A DNA stretch of 60,898 bases, taken from positions 1 through 60,898 of IMG/VR virus record IMGVR_UViG_3300027821_000008; one strand, 5' to 3'. A program made the translations under genes and the position numbers. Of this stretch, positions 47,696 through 56,053 are shown piece after piece (the first letter of the stretch is position 1; each line of letters opens with the position of its first letter). Source of the stretch: a virus. Taxonomy: Duplodnaviria; Caudoviricetes. The notes beneath the pieces are model-generated. The model was not told the origin of the DNA. It saw only the letters and a program-made list of their open reading frames with translations, and did not search any database.

Positions 47696-49206
47696 TACAT
47701 GCCCTCCATATTTCCGAGTCCAATTGACACTCCATATGCAAATGCATCCACAAGATCATCAACTTGATTGTTTCTGCCAAGCTGATATTGAAATACCTGA
47801 GACATGAAATGATTTCTTGTTGAGTTCTTGAATTTCACTTGCTTGTTGTATGCGTGATCTGACAGCATTACATTTCGCAGACCCATATATCCTGTGATGG
47901 ATATTGCCCTGGTGTCCTTGCCAAGCGATGTGAACTTGGAAGAGATTGCGTTTAGCTGCCAGCCCTTCTTGGCGGCAAAAGACAGCATGGCGGTGCCAGC
48001 GGCCTTATCCTCAACCCAAATCCCAGCGCTCCCATATCTCGCCCTGCACGCAACGCTTAACTCCTCTAGGCGTGTAAGCTGCTGCGGAATCCAGTCCGTC
48101 ATCATCTCAGAGTCAAGCTGAACAACATCCCAGTCTAGAACGATCAGCGGTGTGCCGAAGTGCATTGATCTGGCAAAGAACACGATTGCGGTTCCGTCAT
48201 TCTTGTCTCCGGCCTTAAATGCTGTATCAAGGCATGCATAAACCGTATCACATGTAACTGGATATTGGCACGGAAGACCCTCGTAGCTAAGAACATCTGC
48301 TGAATTAAATAGAACGCCACCCTCTATCTCTGGTCTCTGCTGATACAGCGATGCCCATGTCCGTTTGTCGCCAAGTCTATATTGATCCCAGTGCTGAGAG
48401 TCGAACCACTCAGGCCAAAGAGATTCGCCAATCTCGCGACCCATTGGATCATTTGGCTTTTCGCAGATAGCAGGAACGCACAAAACGTCCCACATTGTGC
48501 CATCTCGACACAAAATCTCTCCAGACTCGCCCTTCCAGTCTTCTGGAAGCAGTCTGCCGGCGATATCATTTATCGACCATCTCGTCATAATCAGAACCTG
48601 AGACCCGCCAGGAATCAGACGAGACTTAATGGAGTCTGAATATTCTGCCCAAACAGAATCTTGTACAGACATAGAGTCTGCCTCTTCGCGATTCTTGACC
48701 GGGTCATCAATTATAACCATATCGGCGCGCTTACCGGTAATGCCGGTCTTGATACCTGCCGGTGTAAAGCTGCTTCCATTTTCAAGCTCAAGTCCGAGAT
48801 CAGACGAGAATGAACCCATCTGCGGCTTTGTCCCGGTCAATGTCTGATATCTCGGCGATTCAAAGATTTTCATCAGCTTCTTGGCATTATAGTCCGCATG
48901 ATCCTTGTTATAGGTTGCGAAGATAACGCGATAGCCAGGATTCATCCCCATAAAGTATGCCGGGGCAACCCATGACGCATAAGTTGATTTGGCAGAACCT
49001 GGGGGGAAGAAGATCATCAAGCGCCCGTACGGCTTTTCCATCGCATCTTTAAGCTTGTTCAGTATAAGCTCGTGGTGCGTGGCAACGCCTGCGCCATCCG
49101 GCCTGCCTGGCACGTATATCTGTCTTGCGAACTCGCAGATATCCTGTCTCGCCTTGCGACGAGAAAGAACCTCTTGAGCTGCCTTTTGTTTTGCGCTTAA
49201 AGTCAT
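47695..49206 (-). CDS. terL: terminase large subunit
   Basis: PPGSAKS, ITGKRAD..IIDDP, MTRW, DTAFK and DDLVDAF. Confidence 0.92.
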   Translation of the reverse strand: MTLSAKQKAAQEVLSRRKARQDICEFARQIYVPGRPDGAGVATHHELILNKLKDAMEKPYGRLMIFFPPGSAKSTYASWVAPAYFMGMNPGYRVIFATYNKDHADYNAKKLMKIFESPRYQTLTGTKPQMGSFSSDLGLELENGSSFTPAGIKTGITGKRADMVIIDDPVKNREEADSMSVQDSVWAEYSDSIKSRLIPGGSQVLIMTRWSINDIAGRLLPEDWKGESGEILCRDGTMWDVLCVPAICEKPNDPMGREIGESLWPEWFDSQHWDQYRLGDKRTWASLYQQRPEIEGGVLFNSADVLSYEGLPCQYPVTCDTVYACLDTAFKAGDKNDGTAIVFFARSMHFGTPLIVLDWDVVQLDSEMMTDWIPQQLTRLEELSVACRARYGSAGIWVEDKAAGTAMLSFAAKKGWQLNAISSKFTSLGKDTRAISITGYMGLRNVMLSDHAYNKQVKFKNSTRNHFMSQVFQYQLGRNNQVDDLVDAFAYGVSIGLGNMEGM

Positions 49207-50801
49207 TCGCAGCAATCTATAAAATATTTGCCATCAATTTTTCGGACGCCATGCACTGGCAATATATCTCTTCCGAGTTTATCATTTAGAGCCAAACAGG
49301 CAGAAATGTATTTAATTACAACCTCTGAGAATACTTCTCCTGGCATGATAACAGGAATTCCCGGTGGGTATGGCGCGACAATTACGCACGATATTTGTCC
49401 GTGTAATTCAGCCAAAGGCACGGGGATGCTTTTGCCAGATATCAGCGCATTATGCGCCCTGCGAGGAATCATCTCTTGGTCCGGCAAAATCGTATACGCC
49501 CAATTGCAGATGTTGATTATATCATACTCTGCAAGAGTCGTGTTAATTTCTTTTGCCGCTTGTTGCATTCCGCCAACATCACGATTGTATACAGAACAAA
49601 ACTCTGACAATGAATTAATCAACATGTCAACATAAGGACGAGGCGTTCCGACGGTAATTAATGCCAAAAACGAGTATAGGCCAACCTTTTCAACGTTAAT
49701 TCCTCGAAACACAAGGTGATCGCTAACGATGGCAGCTGGAACATTTCCGCATGTTATTGTGACCTTGGTAACGTCGTGAATTTGGAGTCCCCTCTCAAAT
49801 TGCGGAAAAGACACTCTAAAAAAGAAGTCGCTATCTTTTTCTGCGAGAAAGCCAATCTTATCTCGAATCATCATGGCAACCTTCCTTGCCTCTGCCACCA
49901 GATCACGACCAGACTCTTCCATTGCCCTGGCATTCATATCACATGAGGCGATCAGCGGATAGCTTGGTGAGGTGGTCGAGTGCATAAGATATGACTGATC
50001 AAGCGAAGGCCCATTATGTTTTCTTACGCCATCCTTAACTAAAATTTGCGATGACTGAGTGAGCGCCAACGATGTTTTATGTATTGACTGCGAAGAAAAG
50101 ATGGGGCACACATTATCAACGACATCCATTGCCCTGTATCCCCTATACCATCCAGAGAAATACGTATGAGAAGACCACGCCTCATCAAAATGAATCGCGT
50201 GCATCATAGAAGATAGCTCGTCAGATATTCTTTGGCAATTATACATAATTCCGTCGTATGTTGCCTGTGTTAATACCAAGACGGTCCGCCTATCTCCGCC
50301 CCATCCGATAAGTCGCGATTTTCCGATAGCGCTACATATATTTTCTTTTGTGAGCTGACTAGAGTCGACGCCAAGAATCTCTCCATTATTCCCGCGAGAT
50401 GGAACTAGGTACACCGGGATTGCGCCAGACTCTATTATGGCGTGCATAACAGACTTGTGACAATTTCTGTCAACAATAGCAATATCACCTTCAGACAAAA
50501 CTGAAGACACGATTATTCTGTTTGACGCAGAGGTGCCACCAACAGAGAAGTATAGCTTATCTGCTCCATACACAGAAGCGGCATAACCCTCTGATTCGGC
50601 AATGCCTCCTGAGTGTGTAAGAAGCTGCCCAAGCTGATCTACGGAATTGCATGCATCGGCAAGAAATAGATTCTTTCCAAAGAAGGACAAAAAATCAGCT
50701 GAGGCCTGACTATGAGAAAGCGCATTGCCAGAGTTATGACCAGGGCAATGAAGTGATGTTGGCGATCCGTCAGCGTATTTTTTAAGCTCTTTGAAAAACA
50801 T
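49203..50801 (-). CDS. PLP-dependent Orn/Lys/Arg decarboxylase lacking the N-terminal wing domain
   Basis: HCPGH, GTSASN, DRNCHKS, HFDEAW, QSIHK (PLP Lys), STTSPSY and PYPPGIPVIMPGE. Confidence 0.9.
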   Translation of the reverse strand: MFFKELKKYADGSPTSLHCPGHNSGNALSHSQASADFLSFFGKNLFLADACNSVDQLGQLLTHSGGIAESEGYAASVYGADKLYFSVGGTSASNRIIVSSVLSEGDIAIVDRNCHKSVMHAIIESGAIPVYLVPSRGNNGEILGVDSSQLTKENICSAIGKSRLIGWGGDRRTVLVLTQATYDGIMYNCQRISDELSSMMHAIHFDEAWSSHTYFSGWYRGYRAMDVVDNVCPIFSSQSIHKTSLALTQSSQILVKDGVRKHNGPSLDQSYLMHSTTSPSYPLIASCDMNARAMEESGRDLVAEARKVAMMIRDKIGFLAEKDSDFFFRVSFPQFERGLQIHDVTKVTITCGNVPAAIVSDHLVFRGINVEKVGLYSFLALITVGTPRPYVDMLINSLSEFCSVYNRDVGGMQQAAKEINTTLAEYDIINICNWAYTILPDQEMIPRRAHNALISGKSIPVPLAELHGQISCVIVAPYPPGIPVIMPGEVFSEVVIKYISACLALNDKLGRDILPVHGVRKIDGKYFIDCCE

Positions 50802-51358
50802 TAGATTGCTCCGGTGATTTCCTGAAACCTTTTCATGAACATGTATGCTGCCTCTCTTCTAGAAATAGGTTCTATCGTATCACGGAATGGCTCAAAATTA
50901 CCATACTTGTCAAAATATTTTTTCTGGCCCTCAGAGAGAACGTCTCGCACTTCCGTAACAAGCGCACGCATATCCGAAGTCACTATTTCGCTATGGTTTG
51001 CGGCAATGCCTATTCCATATTTTGCGAATATTGCATCAGTTACACTGCCCTCAATATCAGAATACTGAGAAAGGCGTCTTTTTAGCGGAGATGGCACATC
51101 GCAAATAAAGGCTTCTGAGGAATCATGCATTAATGCGGCAAGAGCAAATTCGCGTGGCACGTTCTGCGAAACAATAACAGAGTGCTGGGCCACGGAATAA
51201 TGCATGTAGTTTTTAACGTGACCATTAAATCTACATACGCCAGACAATCCATAGGCAATATCCTCTATTGAGAAATTGTTTGCCGATATATCGGATAGAC
51301 TAAAAAAGTCACCTGAGTGTAGACTCATTCCGTCATATGTAAGCGTTTTGTCGGTCAT
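50801..51358 (-). CDS. HD-domain deoxynucleotide phosphohydrolase (YfdR-like)
   Basis: IEDIA..LS..CRFNGH, YSVAQHS and LMHDSSEA. Confidence 0.85.
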   Translation of the reverse strand: MTDKTLTYDGMSLHSGDFFSLSDISANNFSIEDIAYGLSGVCRFNGHVKNYMHYSVAQHSVIVSQNVPREFALAALMHDSSEAFICDVPSPLKRRLSQYSDIEGSVTDAIFAKYGIGIAANHSEIVTSDMRALVTEVRDVLSEGQKKYFDKYGNFEPFRDTIEPISRREAAYMFMKRFQEITGAI

Positions 51359-51359
51359 T

Positions 51360-52223
51360 TTACTCTCCGCTGGGCGATGGCCCTAAAATCCTCATAAGTT
51401 CTTCGTCACTCATTTCATCAACATTGGATATTGCAATTGACTCACCAACAAGTCTCTCTTCGTTTTTATCGAACACTCCGTAGGCATTCCTTTCCAAGGA
51501 AATCATGGTTTTGAGCGTGTCTGATAATTGTCTAAACGAATTAACTCTGCTTGGAGTATCAATTACCTTTTTGAAAATCTGAGACATCTTATCTCTTGCA
51601 TCTTCTGAATTTTCTTCCATCAGCTCAGCAAGTTGTTGAAGCTCTTCTTTCATTACCGTCTGTCCTTCAAGCTCCTCCAGAAGCTGATCAGACAATGCAC
51701 GATACCTTGAAATTGTTTGTCTGTGAGACAGCTTCATTGCCGCAACCGCCCTTGCAGAAAACTCAAGCATTTCATCGTCAATCAGAATTCCGCCTGGCGT
51801 TGCCCTGGACTGATCTCTTAGCGCAATTGCCTCAGATTTTGCAGACTCCGTTTGCTCTGCCCTATCTCTTGCAGCCTGCTCCCTTTCACGTATAATCTGA
51901 TCGGCTCGTTCGTCAACTCTTTTTTTCAGGTCTCTTTTCCATCCAAGAGTCTTGGCTTTTTTGTTTATCGAAGTTTCGCTTACCCCGTGCTTTTTTGCAA
52001 TCTCTCTTACCGTAAGAGTAGCCATTCTGTAGTCTGACTCAACTGCATGCCAGAACTCTGGCCCCCTACCAACCCCTTCACGATATCCCCCGCGACCAGA
52101 TGATCCCACTTTTTTAACTATCTTTCCGCGTATGTCAGACGCATCAACCGCCTTCTTGAGGCGGTCTGTATCTGCATCATCAAATACAACGTCTGTTATG
52201 TCGTCATTATTTTTGTTTGGCAT
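51360..52223 (-). CDS. terS: terminase small subunit
   Basis: W.AVESDYR...TVREIAKKHGVS...AK..GWKRDL HTH; LERNAYG. Confidence 0.75.
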   Translation of the reverse strand: MPNKNNDDITDVVFDDADTDRLKKAVDASDIRGKIVKKVGSSGRGGYREGVGRGPEFWHAVESDYRMATLTVREIAKKHGVSETSINKKAKTLGWKRDLKKRVDERADQIIREREQAARDRAEQTESAKSEAIALRDQSRATPGGILIDDEMLEFSARAVAAMKLSHRQTISRYRALSDQLLEELEGQTVMKEELQQLAELMEENSEDARDKMSQIFKKVIDTPSRVNSFRQLSDTLKTMISLERNAYGVFDKNEERLVGESIAISNVDEMSDEELMRILGPSPSGE

Positions 52224-52449
52224 TTATCTCACCATGAAACAGGATTTTTCCAGACTTCTCAACAAGGATTGTGCGCGGCAAATAGTCTGCGAAATAATAC
52301 GCACCGAAATCAATAATGTCGTCTAAATTAGAAAACATATGATCCTCTCTCTCGACAATGCCAATTGTATCGCCGTTGCGATCAAATGTGGTTATTGTAA
52401 CTTCCACCTCTTTGTGGCGTTGTTTAAAAAACGGGTCGAGAAATTTCAT
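52207..52449 (-). CDS. hypothetical protein
   Basis: GAGG RBS; packed in the operon. Confidence 0.55.
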   Translation of the reverse strand: MKFLDPFFKQRHKEVEVTITTFDRNGDTIGIVEREDHMFSNLDDIIDFGAYYFADYLPRTILVEKSGKILFHGEINAKQK

Positions 52450-52467
52450 ATTGTCCTCTGGATAGAT

Positions 52468-52818
52468 TTATTGAGACTTCAGTTTCGCAATATATTCGTC
52501 GTATGTCAAGTTATTTTTTTCGGCCTCGATCTCAGTTTGCAACAAAGCAAGAATTCTCCATGCTGCTTTTGCTGTGTGCCTTAATCCGTCAGAGTCCAGC
52601 TTTCCGTGATCCATGAAGTGACGTATTGCGCTATCTGCGTGCTGAGTGCTTTTTCCCTTTGACCAATGAAGTGGCTGTCCGGGATTATGCTGATCGTTGC
52701 CTACCTGGGAAACTCTAGACACAGCCGCTAAAGCGTCAGGAAAATATGCAAGAACTCCAGTTGCAATCGGAGTCGCTTTTCTTTCTGAGTCATCGCTGGA
52801 AATTGTCAAATTAGACAT
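52468..52818 (-). CDS. DUF5664-like dATP/dGTP diphosphohydrolase domain protein
   Basis: FPDALAAVSRVS..GN..H...LHW, RH...D.DGL.H.AKAAWR.LALL. Confidence 0.7.
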   Translation of the reverse strand: MSNLTISSDDSERKATPIATGVLAYFPDALAAVSRVSQVGNDQHNPGQPLHWSKGKSTQHADSAIRHFMDHGKLDSDGLRHTAKAAWRILALLQTEIEAEKNNLTYDEYIAKLKSQ

Positions 52819-53429
52819 TATTCATCCTCGCCATTGTTAATGTCTGACAGATTGTAAATAACCCTATCAAGGAATCCATATTCAACGGCCTCTTGCGGAG
52901 ATAAGAATAGGTCCCTGTCGCAGTCCTTCACTATTTGTTTGAGCGTCTTACCTGTGTTTGCAGACATAATTTCAAACAATCTCTTGTTCAGGTATTCTGT
53001 TTCCTTTAGATCAACTCTCATGTCAACAATTGTTCCACGCGTTCCACTGCTAACTTGGTGAGCCATAATCCTGCTGTTTGGCAATGAGAAGCGCTTTCCT
53101 TTGGCTCCACCTGATGCCAAGAAGCAACCCATACTCATGGCGATTCCAGAGACAACCGTTACAACGTCATTGCTGATCGCTTGCATCATGTCGTATATTG
53201 CAAGACCAGAATAAACGCTGCCACCTGGGCTATTGATAATGAGCGTGATATCCTCTTCCGGGTCTGATGCATTCAGGTACATGAGCTGCATGATAATTGC
53301 GTGCGCGCTATCGTCGTCAACGTCTCCGTTAAGAAAAACTATCCTCTCCTTAAGCATTCGAGAGTGCATGTCATAACTTTTCTCTCCGCGACCAGATTTT
53401 TCAATAACTACAGGAACGATAGTTGACAT
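52818..53429 (-). CDS. clpP: ATP-dependent Clp protease proteolytic subunit
   Basis: VPVVIE..GRGE.SYD..SRMLKERI, INSPGG, AMSMG (Ser), IMAHQ (His) and DRD (Asp). Confidence 0.93.
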   Translation of the reverse strand: MSTIVPVVIEKSGRGEKSYDMHSRMLKERIVFLNGDVDDDSAHAIIMQLMYLNASDPEEDITLIINSPGGSVYSGLAIYDMMQAISNDVVTVVSGIAMSMGCFLASGGAKGKRFSLPNSRIMAHQVSSGTRGTIVDMRVDLKETEYLNKRLFEIMSANTGKTLKQIVKDCDRDLFLSPQEAVEYGFLDRVIYNLSDINNGEDE

Positions 53430-53485
53430 GCTTATTTCCTTTTTGGTGGGCTTGTTCATTTCAAATATGCCTAGAACGCATCAGA

Positions 53486-53767
53486 TCAACGCACAGGGCG
53501 TTTAAATTGTGGGGGTAGTACCTGTACATACCCAGATAATACAAACGCCTCTATGGCCGTTTTAACGTCTTCTTCGCTGAATTGTGCAATTACCTCTGGC
53601 TTGCACCTTGACACTGGGCCAATATGGATATCAAGCATTTCGCCCCTAATTGCCGCGTGTACATCTTCAATATCTACAGAGAATTGATCGGCTATATCCC
53701 TTACAGATAGGTGAGATGTTCTGTAGAGTTCCCTGATTGAAGTGTATTTGTCAAAGAATGATGTCAT
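53486..53767 (-). CDS. small HTH protein
   Basis: LSVRDIADQFSV HTH-like segment. Confidence 0.5.
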   Translation of the reverse strand: MTSFFDKYTSIRELYRTSHLSVRDIADQFSVDIEDVHAAIRGEMLDIHIGPVSRCKPEVIAQFSEEDVKTAIEAFVLSGYVQVLPPQFKRPVR

Positions 53768-54110
53768 GGCATGTACGTGTGGGTTTTATATATAAAAATG
53801 CGCTCTTTGCATTTTTCATTATAGTCCTTGCATTTACTTTAATATAAGCTGCTTAGCCGGCGAATGAACAAGTTCATTCAAAAGCGTAAGTTAATTTACT
53901 TTTACAAAATTTCATTAAATTGAATCATATATGAATTCATTAAAAATTACAAGTTATTTTTTTTATTATACTTATGTCTATAAAACCTTTTGTGATTCAT
54001 TCGGCCTTCGCCTCATTCATCACCAGCTTCGCTGATCGTTAAAAACATTGTGCTTTGCACTTAAAGTCAAAAACAAAACACAAACTACCTAATCAGCCAG
54101 AACCTTTATA

Positions 54111-54146
54111 TAGGGAAATAATGCCAACCTTCCCGCCCATCTTCAA
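54111..54146. repeat. 36 bp direct repeat, copy 1
   Basis: TAGGGAAATAATGCCAACCTTCCCGCCCATCTTCAA, identical to 54510..54545. Confidence 0.95.
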
Positions 54147-54152
54147 ACTATA

Positions 54153-54181
54153 ATTATATCATGCGTTTATCGATTTGTCAA
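54153..54181 (-). promoter_or_regulatory. sigma70 promoter
   Basis: TTGACA-17 nt-TATAAT. Confidence 0.8.
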
Positions 54182-54509
54182 TAGATAAACACACAAAATA
54201 CAATAAATATTACAATTTGTTACAATTTAATTGCATTTTACTCATTAAGATGATATCTATTCTTATTTGCCAGGGTGATTGGGTAACATGTAACCCACTT
54301 GTGATTCAGTGCAGCTTCGCAGCCCTTCATCACCGTCTTCGACGCTCGCAAGACTAATTTTGTATGACCTGATGACCTTCTCGGCCCATGTTTGCTTTAT
54401 GATGCAAATTGAATATAATTGGATTAAAGTGGAATTCACATTGATACTCGGCTGCGCCTCAATCAACCAAATTGTAAAATCCTGGAAGAGTGAACCCAAA
54501 CTTCGTTTG

Positions 54510-54545
54510 TAGGGAAATAATGCCAACCTTCCCGCCCATCTTCAA
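54510..54545. repeat. 36 bp direct repeat, copy 2
   Basis: Identical to 54111..54146. Confidence 0.95.
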
Positions 54546-54548
54546 CAC

Positions 54549-54577
54549 ATTATATACGAAAAAAACAACTCTGTCAA
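54549..54577 (-). promoter_or_regulatory. sigma70 promoter
   Basis: TTGACA-17 nt-TATAAT. Confidence 0.8.
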
Positions 54578-54722
54578 GTTTTATTTTTTAAAAGTGTGGT
54601 ATGAGCGCAACAAAACAACAAAAATACGAAATATTTTGAAGAAAGTATTGACTTTGGGGAAAAGTGTGGTACAATGGGTGTATGTGGCGGATACACCTGG
54701 CAATATTACGAGGAATATACAA

Positions 54723-54884
54723 ATGGACAAAAATGAGCTTATCGAAGCAATCTATGCAGAGCTTGACCATATCATTGATGCAGCTGAATGTCTGGATGGA
54801 TTCTACTCCGAATCGCGCGAATTCATACTTGATAGGTCGACAACAATAGCGCTATTGCTGCAAAGCCTCGCACACGCAGACTAA
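54723..54884 (+). CDS. hypothetical protein
   Basis: GAGGA RBS after a divergent promoter near 54648-54675. Confidence 0.55.
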   Translation: MDKNELIEAIYAELDHIIDAAECLDGFYSESREFILDRSTTIALLLQSLAHAD

Positions 54885-54951
54885 ATAATGCTTGACATGG
54901 ATTAACTGTCTGTGCTATATTCTCTTATCTGAATTATCTTTGGAGTATTAA

Positions 54952-55152
54952 ATGGATCACAAAGTAGAAAAGAAGTCAACCCTTGAAGTTGTTGCCATAG
55001 TACTGACCACTGCAATCCTGGCGACAATACTTGCTGCCGTTGTTGCCCCTACGCCTGCGCACGCAGTTGCTCGCGTTAAGAGTCACAGCAACCAAAACAA
55101 CAATCGCACCGAGGCCGTAACGCCGAAAAAGGCAGCCACGCCAACAAAATAA
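54952..55152 (+). CDS. small membrane or exported protein
   Basis: GGAG RBS; signal-like segment ending PAHA. Confidence 0.55.
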   Translation: MDHKVEKKSTLEVVAIVLTTAILATILAAVVAPTPAHAVARVKSHSNQNNNRTEAVTPKKAATPTK

Positions 55153-55371
55153 TTCAATGAGATCGATTCTCATCGACAAATTCTTAACTTGGCCGGAATG
55201 TTTTCGCGGCACCAACCAAACGGAGCTTAAAATGTGTAATTCACTCAAAGTATTGTTGATTGGCCTGGCACCCTTGGCCGTCTTGCTGGTTCTGTTTCAG
55301 CTGACCACATTGCTGTAATTGGTGAGGGCGGCAAGGCAGTACCGCCTAGCCGCTTTTACTGGAGAAAAAAC

Positions 55372-55683
55372 ATGGACGCAATAAATAACGGTAAGCAGAT
55401 GGATGAGGCATATAGGCTTTATGCCGGCTCGCTGCATACCAAATTGGATTCTCTGGTTGACTTCAGAGAAAAAAATCCGAACTATGATCTGTTTGATGCG
55501 CACGACTTCTCGAATGTTCTTCGCACAAAGCACAGAGGGCAGCACGACATTCCGGCAATTCTTGAACGCATTTCAAAAAGCGTTAATTCGTATGGCGCAA
55601 GCCGCCCGATTACGGACTTGGAATTGCATTTCATTTATTATATTGATCTCGATCTAATCACGCTCATGGAGCTTTCAAAATGA
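55372..55683 (+). CDS. hypothetical protein
   Basis: GGAG RBS. Confidence 0.6.
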   Translation: MDAINNGKQMDEAYRLYAGSLHTKLDSLVDFREKNPNYDLFDAHDFSNVLRTKHRGQHDIPAILERISKSVNSYGASRPITDLELHFIYYIDLDLITLMELSK

Positions 55684-56042
55684 CGACTAAGCAACAGTTG
55701 GTTTTTTCCGATCAATTAATCCTTGCCAAGATTACCGCTCAGGAGATTATGGTAAATCGGCTAATTGCGATGCTTGAGCTTTTGCCGGATGTAATGACAG
55801 GCCCCGATAGACGCTTCCGTCGATCCCTTGCAACAGAGGCGATTGACTATCTGGAAATCGTTGCCATGTCAAATCCAGGGTCGTATGCAAGCGAAAGATT
55901 CCTCGGTCTTGCTGCATGCGTAATTCTTGATTATTCATTTCAGACTGAGCACTCTAGCGAAGCTGAGATAGAAGTTGTTAGGCAGATCATCAATGGAATC
56001 AAAACAACAATCAACATTCCTCACGTATCCGGGGTTGAGTAA
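55680..56042 (+). CDS. hypothetical protein
   Basis: ATGA overlap with the previous gene. Confidence 0.6.
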   Translation: MTTKQQLVFSDQLILAKITAQEIMVNRLIAMLELLPDVMTGPDRRFRRSLATEAIDYLEIVAMSNPGSYASERFLGLAACVILDYSFQTEHSSEAEIEVVRQIINGIKTTINIPHVSGVE

Positions 56043-56053
56043 CAGGGGGCAAA

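Noticed and set aside
50801-52818. 2-aminoadenine (dZ) system
   Set aside because: No PurZ/adenylosuccinate-synthetase-like ORF in the window
52818-53429. ClpP as prohead protease
   Set aside because: Not between portal and capsid, has a bacterial-type N-terminus, and a DUF2213-like protease occupies that slot
53990-54348. GTGATGA...CTGA as box C/D (TIGR-like) guide or hammerhead core
   Set aside because: No periodic array or Nop-domain gene seen, and no CUGANGA/GAAA core; simpler as tandem GA pairs in a stem
54111-54545. 36 bp direct repeats as a CRISPR array
   Set aside because: Only two copies, separated by about 360 nt, each tied to a promoter; no cas genes
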